A DNA stretch of 64,000 bases from assembly GCA_012521815.1 (NCBI GenBank), contig JAAYLR010000141.1, positions 414 to 64,413 of the forward strand, written 5' to 3'. Source of the DNA: Acidobacteriota bacterium. Its GTDB lineage: Bacteria > Acidobacteriota > Thermoanaerobaculia > Multivoradales > JAGPDF01. A program made the position numbers and the translations under genes. The first letter of the stretch is position 1. Each line of letters starts with the position of its first letter. The notes under the pieces were generated by a model. That model was given only the letters and a program-made list of their open reading frames with translations. It searched no databases and had not been told where the DNA came from. This document shows, in pieces, positions 8,819 through 17,246 of this stretch.

Positions 8819-10024
8819 ATGGGCGACACCACGCGGCACCACCCCTCGACCCTCGTCATCCACGCCGGCCAGCACGCCGATCCGCACACCGGAGCCGTCT
8901 CGGTACCGATCTACCAGACCTCGACGTTCGCCTTCCGGAGCGCGGACGAAGGGGCCGCCCGTTTCCTCGGCGCCGACCCCGGCTTCATCTACACCCGGCT
9001 CGGCAACCCGACGATCCAGGCGCTGGAGACGGCGATCGCCGAGCTCGAAGGGGGCGCCGGCGCGCTCGCCGCGGCCACCGGCATGGCCGCGGTGCAGACG
9101 GTCTACTTCGCGCTGCTCGAACAGGGGGCGCACGTGGTCGCCACCGACGCCGTCTACGGCCCGTCGCGGCTCGTGCTGGAGACCGAGTACCGGCGCTTCG
9201 GCGTGAGCGCGACGTTCGTGGACTCCTCCGACGCCGCCAACGTCGCCCGCGCGATGCGTCCGGAGACCCGGCTCGTCTACGTCGAGAGCCCCGCGAACCC
9301 GACGATGGCGGTGACCGACCTCGCCGCCTGCGCGAAGATCGCCCACGACCACGGCGCGCTGCTCTGCGTGGACAACACCTTCGCCTCCCCGCTCCTCCAG
9401 CGGCCGCTCGATCTCGGCGCCGACGTGGTGCTCCACAGCCTGACGAAGTTCATCAACGGCCACTCCGACGTCGTCGGCGGCGTCGTCACCGCGCGCGATC
9501 CCGAGCTGCTCACCCGCCTGCGCAAGGTGCACCGGAACCTCGGCGGCACCATGGACCCGCACCAGGCGTGGCTCGTCCTGCGCGGCCTGAAGTCGCTCGC
9601 CCTCCGGGTGGAGCGCGCCCAGGCCAACGCCCAGCGGATCGCCGCCTTCCTCGAAGCCGATCCGCGCGTCGCCTGGGTTCGCTACCCGGGGCTCGCCTCC
9701 CACCCGCAGCACGAGCTCGCGAGCCGGCAGATGGCCGGCCCGGGCGCGGTGATCTCCTTCGGCGTGCGGGGCGGTTTCGCGGCGGCCAAGACGATGATCG
9801 AGAGCTGCCGCCTGGCGACGCTCGCGGTGAGCCTCGGCGGGATCGAGACGCTGATCGAGCACCCGGCCTCGATGACCCACAGCGCGCTGCCGCGCGCCGA
9901 GCGCGAGGCGGCCGGGATCACCGACGACCTCGTCCGGATCGCCGTCGGCTGCGAGGACGAGCGCGACCTGCTCGCCGACGTCGACCAGGCGCTCGCGCGG
10001 GCGGCGGCCATCGCGGCTCCCTGA
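8819..10024 (+). CDS. PLP-dependent trans-sulfuration enzyme (methionine gamma-lyase / cystathionine gamma-synthase family)
   Basis: 401 aa. PLP-lysine motif SLTKFINGHSDVVGG and an N-terminus typical of the Cys/Met metabolism PLP family. AAAGGA RBS. Confidence 0.9.
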   Translation: MGDTTRHHPSTLVIHAGQHADPHTGAVSVPIYQTSTFAFRSADEGAARFLGADPGFIYTRLGNPTIQALETAIAELEGGAGALAAATGMAAVQTVYFALLEQGAHVVATDAVYGPSRLVLETEYRRFGVSATFVDSSDAANVARAMRPETRLVYVESPANPTMAVTDLAACAKIAHDHGALLCVDNTFASPLLQRPLDLGADVVLHSLTKFINGHSDVVGGVVTARDPELLTRLRKVHRNLGGTMDPHQAWLVLRGLKSLALRVERAQANAQRIAAFLEADPRVAWVRYPGLASHPQHELASRQMAGPGAVISFGVRGGFAAAKTMIESCRLATLAVSLGGIETLIEHPASMTHSALPRAEREAAGITDDLVRIAVGCEDERDLLADVDQALARAAAIAAP

Positions 10025-10048
10025 GCGGACGTTCGCGGGAGCAGAGCC

Positions 10049-11056
10049 ATGACGAGCGCACGGCGCCGGCTCGGCGCGAGCGACCTCGAGATCAGCCCGC
10101 TCGGGCTCGGCACCTGGGCGATCGGCGGCCCCTGGCTCTTCGGCTGGGGTGAGCAGGAGGATGCCGACTCGATCGCCGCCATCCGGCGGGCGGTCGCATC
10201 CGGCATCAACTGGATCGACACCGCGCCGGCCTACGGCCTCGGCCACGCCGAGACGGTGATCGCGCGGGCGCTCGCCGGCCTGCCGGCGGCCGAGCGGCCG
10301 TACCTCTTCACGAAGTGCTCGCTCCTCTGGGACGACGCCGGCGCGATCTCCCACTCGCTCGCCGCCGCCTCGCTGCGGCGGGAGTGCGAGGCGAGCCTCC
10401 GCCGGCTCGGCGTCGAGGCGATCGACCTCTACCAGATCCACTGGCCGCACCACCCCGATGGCGACGGCACCGAGGGTCCGATCGAGGAGGCCTGGGAGAC
10501 GCTCGCGGCGCTGCGCGCCGAGGGGAAGGTGCGCTGGATCGGGGTCTCGAACTTCGACGCCGGCCAGCTCGACCGGATCTCCCGGATCGCCCCGGTGACC
10601 AGCCTCCAGCCCCCGTACTCGATGGTGCGGCGGAAGATCGAGAAGGAGATCCTCCCCTGGTGCGCCGCGCACGGCGTGGGGGTGCTCGCCTACTCGCCGA
10701 TGGCCGCCGGGCTGCTGACCGGCGCGATGACGCGGGAGCGGGTCGCCCGCCTGAGCGCCGACGACTGGCGGAAGCGGACGAACCCGGAGCTGCGCGAACC
10801 GCGCCTGTCGGCGAACCTCGAGCTGGTCGCGAGCCTCGCCGGGATCGGCGCCCGCCACGGCCGCGGCCCGGGGGAGGTGGCGATCGCCTGGACGCTCGCC
10901 AACCCGGCGGTGACCGCGGCGATCGTCGGCGCCCGCAACGCCACCCAGGTGGACGGCTTCGCGGGGGCGCTCACCTTCCGCCTCGACGCCGCCGAGCTCG
11001 CCGAGATCGACGTCGCGCTCGCCCGGCGCACGGCACGGATCGCCGCCGCGGGCTGA
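10049..11056 (+). CDS. aldo/keto reductase
   Basis: 335 aa; LGLGTWAIGG...IDTAPAYG...IDLYQIHWP...GVSNF; GGGAG RBS. Confidence 0.9.
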   Translation: MTSARRRLGASDLEISPLGLGTWAIGGPWLFGWGEQEDADSIAAIRRAVASGINWIDTAPAYGLGHAETVIARALAGLPAAERPYLFTKCSLLWDDAGAISHSLAAASLRRECEASLRRLGVEAIDLYQIHWPHHPDGDGTEGPIEEAWETLAALRAEGKVRWIGVSNFDAGQLDRISRIAPVTSLQPPYSMVRRKIEKEILPWCAAHGVGVLAYSPMAAGLLTGAMTRERVARLSADDWRKRTNPELREPRLSANLELVASLAGIGARHGRGPGEVAIAWTLANPAVTAAIVGARNATQVDGFAGALTFRLDAAELAEIDVALARRTARIAAAG

Positions 11057-11097
11057 GCCGTCCGCGCGGCCGCGAACGCCCCGTGTCCCGGACCGCC

Positions 11098-11865
11098 ATG
11101 CCCCGCTTCGAGCGGTACGTCGCCCTCGGTGACAGCTCCACCGAAGGCCTCGACGATCCGGACGGCCGGGGCGGCTACCGGGGCTGGGCCGACCGGTTCG
11201 CCGCCCGGGTGGCGGTCGCGCAGGGCGGCCTCCTCTACGCCAACCTCGCGGTGCGGGGCAAGCACGCCCGCCAGGTGCGCGAGGAGCAGCTCGCCGCGGC
11301 GCTCGCGCTCCGGCCCGATCTCGCGACGCTCTTCGCGGGCACGAACGACGCGGTCTCCCGCCGTTTCGACCTCGACGCCGTCATCGCCGACCTCGATGCG
11401 ATGCAGCGGGCGCTCGTCGCGAGCGGCGCCACCGTGCTCACGCTCACCCTCCCCGATCCGGGGCGGGTGCTGCCGTGGTTCCGCGGCTTCTCCCGGCGAG
11501 TCGCGGTCCTCAACGCCGCGGTCCGCAGGCTCGCGGCGGCGAACGGGGTGCTCGTCGCCGACCTCGCCGCCTGGCCGGATGCCTCCGATCCCCGTCTCTG
11601 GAGCGAAGACCGGCTGCACGCCAACAGCGCCGGTCACGAGCGGATCGCCGCCGCTCTCGCCCGTGCCCTCCGGCTGCCGGACACCGACGACGCCTGGCGC
11701 GCGCCGCTGCCGGCCACGCCGCCGGTCGGGCGCGTGCGGCGTCTCGGCGCCGATCTCCTCTGGGCCTACCGCTTCCTCTTTCCCTGGCTCTGGCGCCATG
11801 CCCGCGGGCGCTCTTCCGGCGACGGCCGGCGGCCCAAGCGGCCGGCGCTCCTGCCGGTGTGCTGA
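11098..11865 (+). CDS. SGNH/GDSL-family hydrolase
   Basis: MPRFERYVALGDSSTEG (GDS block I), FAGTNDA (block III) and DRLHANSAGHERIA (block V with D..H). Start placed at the internal ATG of the track ORF 10315..11865, which overlaps the AKR gene upstream. Confidence 0.8.
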   Translation: MPRFERYVALGDSSTEGLDDPDGRGGYRGWADRFAARVAVAQGGLLYANLAVRGKHARQVREEQLAAALALRPDLATLFAGTNDAVSRRFDLDAVIADLDAMQRALVASGATVLTLTLPDPGRVLPWFRGFSRRVAVLNAAVRRLAAANGVLVADLAAWPDASDPRLWSEDRLHANSAGHERIAAALARALRLPDTDDAWRAPLPATPPVGRVRRLGADLLWAYRFLFPWLWRHARGRSSGDGRRPKRPALLPVC

Positions 11866-11919
11866 CCGGCCCGGGTCACCACCTCGTGCCGGACGACGGC
11901 GAGCCGTCGCGGGGTCGGC

Positions 11920-12336
11920 TCAGCCGCGCTTCCTCGTCACCGCCCGCTTCCGCGCGGGGGGCGCGGCCGCCGACGCGGCGGGGGCGTGCCGCTCCTCCTC
12001 CAGGCGGAAGAGGATCCGGCCGCAGCGCTCGCACGTCTCGAGATCGCTCTGGCGGCTCGCCATCGCCGTCGGACGCACCGTGAAGCAGCCGAGACAGGTG
12101 CCACCGAGCGAGGGGACGACCGCCCGCGGATGGCGCTGCCGTATCCGCTCGTAGAGGCGCAGGACCCTGGCGTCGATCCGCGCCGCCGCCTCGGCCCGGG
12201 CCTCGCTCAGGCGCGTCGACTCCCCGAGCGGGAAGCCGAGCGCCGCCTCGCGCTCGCGCATCGCGGCCTCGCCGAGGTCGGCGAGCAGGGCGTCGAGCTC
12301 CTGCAGGACGAGGAGTTCCTGGATCTGTGGGTTCAT
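11920..12336 (-). CDS. zinc-ribbon protein (coiled-coil + C4 zinc ribbon, COG1579-like)
   Basis: 138 aa; coiled-coil N-terminal part then CLGCFTV...(16)...CERCGRIL (CxxC...CxxC). The ATG overlaps the stop of the upstream EIIA gene (ATGA). The long track ORF 11920..13512 is an upstream shadow extension. Confidence 0.7.
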   Translation of the reverse strand: MNPQIQELLVLQELDALLADLGEAAMREREAALGFPLGESTRLSEARAEAAARIDARVLRLYERIRQRHPRAVVPSLGGTCLGCFTVRPTAMASRQSDLETCERCGRILFRLEEERHAPAASAAAPPARKRAVTRKRG

Positions 12337-12833
12337 CGCGCGAGCGCCTCCTGGATGCGGGGCCGGATCAGCTGCCGCGCGAGCTTCTCCAGATCGTCGA
12401 AGCTCTCGACGGCGAGCAGCCGTTCGCGGTCGGTGTCGTGGTGCACCGCCGCCACCAGCACCCCGAGCAGCGGCAGATACCCCTCGCCGCCCACGCCGTA
12501 CGGCGCCACGACGAGGAAGACGCGCTCGACCGGGTGACCATCGACGGCCTGGAAGTCGAGGCCGCGGGCGAGCCGGGCGACGACGAGCGTCGTCCGCTGC
12601 GCGACCATCGAGCGGGCGTGCGGGATCGCGATCCCATGTCCGAGGCCGGTGGTGCCGAGCGCCTCGCGCTCGACGAGCAGGCGCTGGAAAGCGTTGCGGT
12701 CGTGGATCGCTCCCGCCGCGCCGAGGGCGTCGGCGAGCGCGGCGAAGAGCTCCTCCTGGCTGGAGACTTCGAGCGCGGGCAGGAAGAGGCCCGCCTCGAT
12801 CCGGATGGATGTGGCGATGTCGATCGGCTTCAC
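12333..12833 (-). CDS. PTS EIIA type-2 protein (PtsN / EIIA-Ntr-like)
   Basis: 166 aa. Phospho-His region GLGHGIAIPHAR in an EIIA(Fru/Mtl/Ntr) fold pattern. GTG start with GGGAGG SD, 18 nt downstream of the hycFG-like stop. Confidence 0.8.
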   Translation of the reverse strand: MKPIDIATSIRIEAGLFLPALEVSSQEELFAALADALGAAGAIHDRNAFQRLLVEREALGTTGLGHGIAIPHARSMVAQRTTLVVARLARGLDFQAVDGHPVERVFLVVAPYGVGGEGYLPLLGVLVAAVHHDTDRERLLAVESFDDLEKLARQLIRPRIQEALAR

Positions 12834-12851
12834 GATACCTCCCGGCTGAGA

Positions 12852-13631
12852 CTAACGGCTCTCGCCCGCGGATTCCAGACGCCCGAGGAGCCGCAGCATC
12901 CCGTCGAGCATGGTGAGGGGATGCGGCGGACAGCCCGGCACCCAGAGATCGACCGGCACCACCGCGCCGGCGCCGCCGGCGACCTCGGGGTGCCCCAGAT
13001 ACGGTCCCCCGGCGATCGCGCAGGCGCCGATGGCGATCACGATCTTCGGCGGCGCCACCGCGTCGTACGTCTTGCGCAGCGCGAGGCGCATGTTCTCGCT
13101 CACCGGCCCGGTCACGATCAGGCCGTCGGCGTGGCGCGGCGAGGCGACGATCCGGATGCCGAAGCGGCCGATGTCCCAGGCCAGCGTGGAGAGGACGTTG
13201 ACGTCCGCCTCGCAGGCGTTGCAGCCGCCGGCGCTCACCTGCCGGAGCTTGAGCGAGCGGCCGAAGAGGCGGCGGAGCCGTTCGTCGAGCGCGGTGGCGA
13301 GCGCGAGCTCCCGCTCGGCGCTCACCTGCAGCTCCTCGCGCCGGCGCACCGCGAGCCGGTGATCGCCGCCCCAGGTGATCGCGCCCTCCGGGCAGGCGGC
13401 GGCGCACTCCGCGCAGAAGAGGCAGCGGCCGAGATCGATCGCGATCGCGGGCGAGAGCGAGATCGCCTCCGTGGGGCAGACCTCCACGCAGTCGCGGCAA
13501 CCGTCGCGGCACCGCTCGGGCGCGAGCAGCGGACGGCCGCGGAAGCGGTCCGGCAGCGGCGGCGGCGGCCCGTCGGGGTAGGCGAAGGTCCGGTGCCCCT
13601 GATGGAGTCGCGCGCGCAGCAGTCTGATCAT
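12852..13631 (-). CDS. fused 2x[4Fe-4S] ferredoxin (HycF/NuoI-like) + hydrogenase/complex-I small subunit (HycG/NuoB-like)
   Basis: N-terminus has CRDGCRDCVEVCP and CLFCAECAAACP (two CxxCxxCxxxCP motifs). C-terminal part has SAGGCNACE, IGACAIAGGPY and VPGCPPHP, matching HycG/NuoB cluster-binding motifs. Confidence 0.85.
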   Translation of the reverse strand: MIRLLRARLHQGHRTFAYPDGPPPPLPDRFRGRPLLAPERCRDGCRDCVEVCPTEAISLSPAIAIDLGRCLFCAECAAACPEGAITWGGDHRLAVRRREELQVSAERELALATALDERLRRLFGRSLKLRQVSAGGCNACEADVNVLSTLAWDIGRFGIRIVASPRHADGLIVTGPVSENMRLALRKTYDAVAPPKIVIAIGACAIAGGPYLGHPEVAGGAGAVVPVDLWVPGCPPHPLTMLDGMLRLLGRLESAGESR

Positions 13632-13653
13632 CGGTGGCGGTTCTCCCCGGCGC

Positions 13654-15168
13654 TCAGAGGTCGTGTCCGCAGTAGGACAGGTTGAAGCTCTTGTTGCAGA
13701 GCGGGAAATCGGAGATCTGCCCGCCGCGCAGCGCCCGGGCGAGCCCGCTCCAGTTGTGGAACGACGGGTCGACGATCTTGTAGCGCGCGAAGCGCCCCGC
13801 GCGATCGGTGAGGGCGACGTGGCAGATCTCGCCGCGCCACCCCTCGACGAGCGACACCGCGAGGCTCTCGGGCGCGAGCCGCCCCACTGGCACCCGCACC
13901 TCCCCCTCCGGAAGCGCCGCGAGCGTGGCGTGGAGGAAGGCGAGCGAGTGCTCCATCTCGAGCCAGCGGACCCGGGCGCGGGCGTGGACGTCGCCGGAAG
14001 CCGCCGTGGCCACCGCCATCGACTGGTCGCGGTACGCCCCGCCGGGGTGATCGCGACGCAGGTCCCGGTCGACCCCCGAGGCGCGCGCCGCCGGCCCCAC
14101 CAGGCCGAGCGCGAGGGCGTCCTCCCGCGGCACCACGCCGGTCGTCTCGAACCGCTCCATGACCGACGAGCTCTCCCAGAGCAGCTCGATGGCGGAGCGG
14201 GCGTCGGTGAAGGTGCGGTCGAGGCCGGCCCGCAGGCGCTCGCGCCGCGCCGGCTCGAGGTCGAAGCCGCTGCCCCCCGGGCGGACGAGGCCGCGTCCGA
14301 AGCGCGAGCCGCAGAGCTCGGCCGAGAGGTTCAGGAAATCGCCCCTGATCCGCCCGCAGAAGGAGGCGGTCGGCAGGTAGCCGACGTCGCCGGCGAGCGC
14401 GCCGAGGTCGCCGGTGTGGTTCGCCAGCCGCTCGAGCTCGAGCGCGATCGCGCGCAGCGCCGCTCCCCGCGGCGGTGCCGCGGTGCCGGCGAGCGCCTCG
14501 ATCAGCTCGCAGCCCGCCGTCGCGTGGCCGATCGTCGTGTCGCCGGCGGAGGTCTCCAGGTAATGGATCGTGCGCCGGTCGGGCCCCCCGATGAGCGCCC
14601 GCTCCACCCCCCGGTGCTGGTAGCCGAGCCGGATCTCGAGGTGGAAGACCTGCTCGCCGTGGCACTGGAACCGGAAATGCCCGGGCTCGATCACCCCGGC
14701 GTGCACCGGCCCGACCCCGACCTCGTGGACCTCCTGCCCCTCGACCCGGTAGAGCTCGCCGGTACCGGGCAGCGCGGGGGCCGGCGCGCCCGCCGCGGGT
14801 GCGACCAGCGGTGGCTGCGAACGCACCGGCGCCGGCGCCGGATGCCCCTCCGCGACGAGCCCGAACTGCTCGGCGAGCTCGCGTTCGAAGAGGTGGAGCT
14901 GCGGACACGCGGCGGCTCGGGAGGGGAACGCCGGGCCGGTGAGCGTCGCCCGGGCAAGCGCGATCCCGGCGCGCGCGTCGTCGGCGAGCACCGCCACGAG
15001 CTCGACCCCCGAGGGGCGCGGCACCCCGAACCAGGCGGCCACCCGCAGCCCGCCGTCGCACGCCGTGACGACGGCGTCGGCCAGCTCGGCCACCGGCAGC
15101 GCCGGAATCTCCCGCCGCGCCACCGCGACCCCCGCCGTGGTCCGCAGGAAGCGGTCGGCGCCGCTCAT
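13654..15168 (-). CDS. NuoC-NuoD-fusion / HycE-like large subunit, apparently lacking NiFe-binding cysteines
   Basis: 504 aa. NuoC-like N-terminal domain, then GPVHAGVIEPGHFRF...LGYQHRGVE (NuoD/large-subunit signature). Where L1 (RxCGxCxxxH) is expected it reads SAGDTTIGH. The C-terminus ends FPLCNKSFNLSYCGHDL rather than DPCxxCxxR. ATGA coupling to the upstream gene; GGAGGGGG SD. Confidence 0.85.
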   Translation of the reverse strand: MSGADRFLRTTAGVAVARREIPALPVAELADAVVTACDGGLRVAAWFGVPRPSGVELVAVLADDARAGIALARATLTGPAFPSRAAACPQLHLFERELAEQFGLVAEGHPAPAPVRSQPPLVAPAAGAPAPALPGTGELYRVEGQEVHEVGVGPVHAGVIEPGHFRFQCHGEQVFHLEIRLGYQHRGVERALIGGPDRRTIHYLETSAGDTTIGHATAGCELIEALAGTAAPPRGAALRAIALELERLANHTGDLGALAGDVGYLPTASFCGRIRGDFLNLSAELCGSRFGRGLVRPGGSGFDLEPARRERLRAGLDRTFTDARSAIELLWESSSVMERFETTGVVPREDALALGLVGPAARASGVDRDLRRDHPGGAYRDQSMAVATAASGDVHARARVRWLEMEHSLAFLHATLAALPEGEVRVPVGRLAPESLAVSLVEGWRGEICHVALTDRAGRFARYKIVDPSFHNWSGLARALRGGQISDFPLCNKSFNLSYCGHDL

Positions 15169-16598
15169 CGTCCCCCTCCGAGCGCCGCCGCAGCCTCGGT
15201 CAGCAGCCCGCGCAGCGACGCCGGCAGATGGAGGCCGAGCAGGAGCACGAGCGCGACGAGCAGGAGCGGCGGCAGGTAGCCGCGCGCCCGGTCGCGGTAC
15301 GCCGACTGCCGGGCGTAGGCCGTCGGCCGTCCCTGGAGAGCGGCGAAGGTGGTCGTCCCCATCCCGGCGAAGACGAGCAGCAGGAGGGCGACGAAGAGGG
15401 CGGCCAGCCAGCCGCGCCCGGCGGCCAGCGCCACCTGCACGATCAGCAGCTTGCTCACGAAGAGGCCGAACGGGGGCGAGCCGGTGATCGCGAAGAGGCC
15501 GAAGAGGAAGACCGTGCCCGAATACGGCAGGCGCCGCAGCGCACCGCGGATCTCGCCGGTCGTCTTGCCGCCGAACGCCCGGTGGAGGTTCCCGGCCGCG
15601 AGGAAGAGCCCGGCCTTGCCGAAGGCGTTGAGCACGAGGTGCAGGAGCGCGGCGAAGGTGGCGGCGGCGCCGAGGCCGGCGGCGAGCGCGAGGATCCCCA
15701 TCTGCTCGACGCTCGAGTAGGCGAGCATCCGCTTCAGATCCCGCTGCCCGAGCAGCAGCGCGCCGGCCACCGCCATCGAAAGGAGGCCGATGGCGATGAG
15801 CAGGCGGTTCGCGTAGATCCCCTCGCCCGCCGCCGCGGTGAGCTGGGTGAAGCGCAGCAGGGCGAGGAAGGCGCAGCTCGTCAACCCCCCGGCGAGCACC
15901 GCGCCCACCACGCCGGGCGCCTCGCCGTAGGCGTCCGGCTTCCAGGTATGCATCGGCGCGAGCCCCATCTTCGTGCCGTAGCCGACGAGCAGCAGCGCGA
16001 AGCCGGTGCGCAGCCAGGGACGCGAGAGCTCGCCGGCGCGGGCGAGCAGGTCGGGGAAGAGGAGCGACGCCTCGCCGCCGCCGAGCAGCGCCGCGTAGCC
16101 GACGAAGAACGACCCGAGCAGCGCCAGCGCGATCCCCACCGAGGAGATCAGCAGGTACTTCCAGGTGGCCTCGATCGATCGCGCCGAGCGGTTGAAGTAG
16201 ACGAGCGGCGCCGAGGCGAGCGTCGTCGCCTCGATCCCCACCCAGAGCAGGCCGAGATGCTGCGCGTACGCCACCAGGCTCATCGCGCCGAGGACGGCGA
16301 GCATGCAGGCGGTGAAGCGGCGATTCTCCCGCTCGGGGCGCTGCTCCAGATAGCCGACCGCGTAGACGGCGCAGACGAGGAAGAGCACGCTCACGAGCAG
16401 CAGCAGGAGCCGCCCGGGGGCGTCGAGCCGGAGCCAGTCGCCGCCGCTCCCCGCGGGGGCGCGCAGCGCGAGCCCGACGAGGAGGAGGTGGATGGCCGCG
16501 CCGAGCGCGAGCAGCCGCGGCCGCCAGAGCCGGGAGGGCGTCAGGTAGACGGCGACCGCCAGGGCCAACGGCACGACGACGGGCAGCGGCAGGAGCAC
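15165..16598 (-). CDS. NuoM/NuoN-like proton-pumping membrane subunit (HyfF-like)
   Basis: 477 aa, polytopic; conserved antiporter-like block LGLAPMHTWKPDAYGEAP and others; GTG start 2 nt after the upstream stop. Confidence 0.85.
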   Translation of the reverse strand: MLLPLPVVVPLALAVAVYLTPSRLWRPRLLALGAAIHLLLVGLALRAPAGSGGDWLRLDAPGRLLLLLVSVLFLVCAVYAVGYLEQRPERENRRFTACMLAVLGAMSLVAYAQHLGLLWVGIEATTLASAPLVYFNRSARSIEATWKYLLISSVGIALALLGSFFVGYAALLGGGEASLLFPDLLARAGELSRPWLRTGFALLLVGYGTKMGLAPMHTWKPDAYGEAPGVVGAVLAGGLTSCAFLALLRFTQLTAAAGEGIYANRLLIAIGLLSMAVAGALLLGQRDLKRMLAYSSVEQMGILALAAGLGAAATFAALLHLVLNAFGKAGLFLAAGNLHRAFGGKTTGEIRGALRRLPYSGTVFLFGLFAITGSPPFGLFVSKLLIVQVALAAGRGWLAALFVALLLLVFAGMGTTTFAALQGRPTAYARQSAYRDRARGYLPPLLLVALVLLLGLHLPASLRGLLTEAAAALGGGR

Positions 16599-16600
16599 GG

Positions 16601-17242
16601 CTACTCCCGCAGCTGCGAGAGCCGCCGCGTGTCGAGCGAGGCGAACTCCCGGTTGATGTGGTGGATGATGATGCTGAGCACGAAGATGCCGACGAAGAGG
16701 TCGAGGAGCACCCCGGCCTCGACGAGGAACGGCATCGCCTCGACGAGCAGCAGGCCGAAGGCGAAGATCCCGTTCTCCAGCACGAGGTAGCCGACCACCT
16801 GGGTGATCGCCTTGCGCCGGGTGACGAGCAGGAGGAGCCCGGCGGCGACGGTGGCGAGCGCGGCCGGCACGAGCAGCGGCGCGAGCCGCTCCTCGGCGAA
16901 CGGGAGCCGCCCCGCCGCCGCCACCGCGAGCGCGGTGGTGAGGGCGCCGAGGACGAGCGACGGGAGCAGGCCGAGCAGCGGCTCGACCTCGCGCCGGATC
17001 GCCACCTGCCGGAGCGCCCGGAAGAGCATCGCCGGGATCAGCCAGGCCTTGAGCACCACGCTCGCGAGGGCGAGTACCAGCACCCGGTTGCTCGCCTCCC
17101 CGTGGGCGACGATCGCGATCACCCCGAGCAGCAGCCCCTGGAGGGCGACCGCCCGCACCATCGAGCCGATCCGGCCGGCGCCAAGCGCCACGAGGTTCAC
17201 GAGCAGGAGGCCGGCGACGAGGATCTCGAGCAGCGATTGCAT
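16601..17242 (-). CDS. HyfE-like small membrane subunit (NuoK-related)
   Basis: 213 aa hydrophobic protein with HyfE-like length and topology; 4-nt gap to the upstream gene. Confidence 0.75.
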   Translation of the reverse strand: MQSLLEILVAGLLLVNLVALGAGRIGSMVRAVALQGLLLGVIAIVAHGEASNRVLVLALASVVLKAWLIPAMLFRALRQVAIRREVEPLLGLLPSLVLGALTTALAVAAAGRLPFAEERLAPLLVPAALATVAAGLLLLVTRRKAITQVVGYLVLENGIFAFGLLLVEAMPFLVEAGVLLDLFVGIFVLSIIIHHINREFASLDTRRLSQLRE

Positions 17243-17246
17243 CCGG

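Noticed and set aside
8801-10858. 685-aa minus-strand ORF
   Set aside because: Lies entirely antisense to the well-supported PLP-enzyme and aldo/keto reductase genes; the translation is Arg/Gly/Pro-rich low complexity typical of shadow frames in GC-rich DNA.
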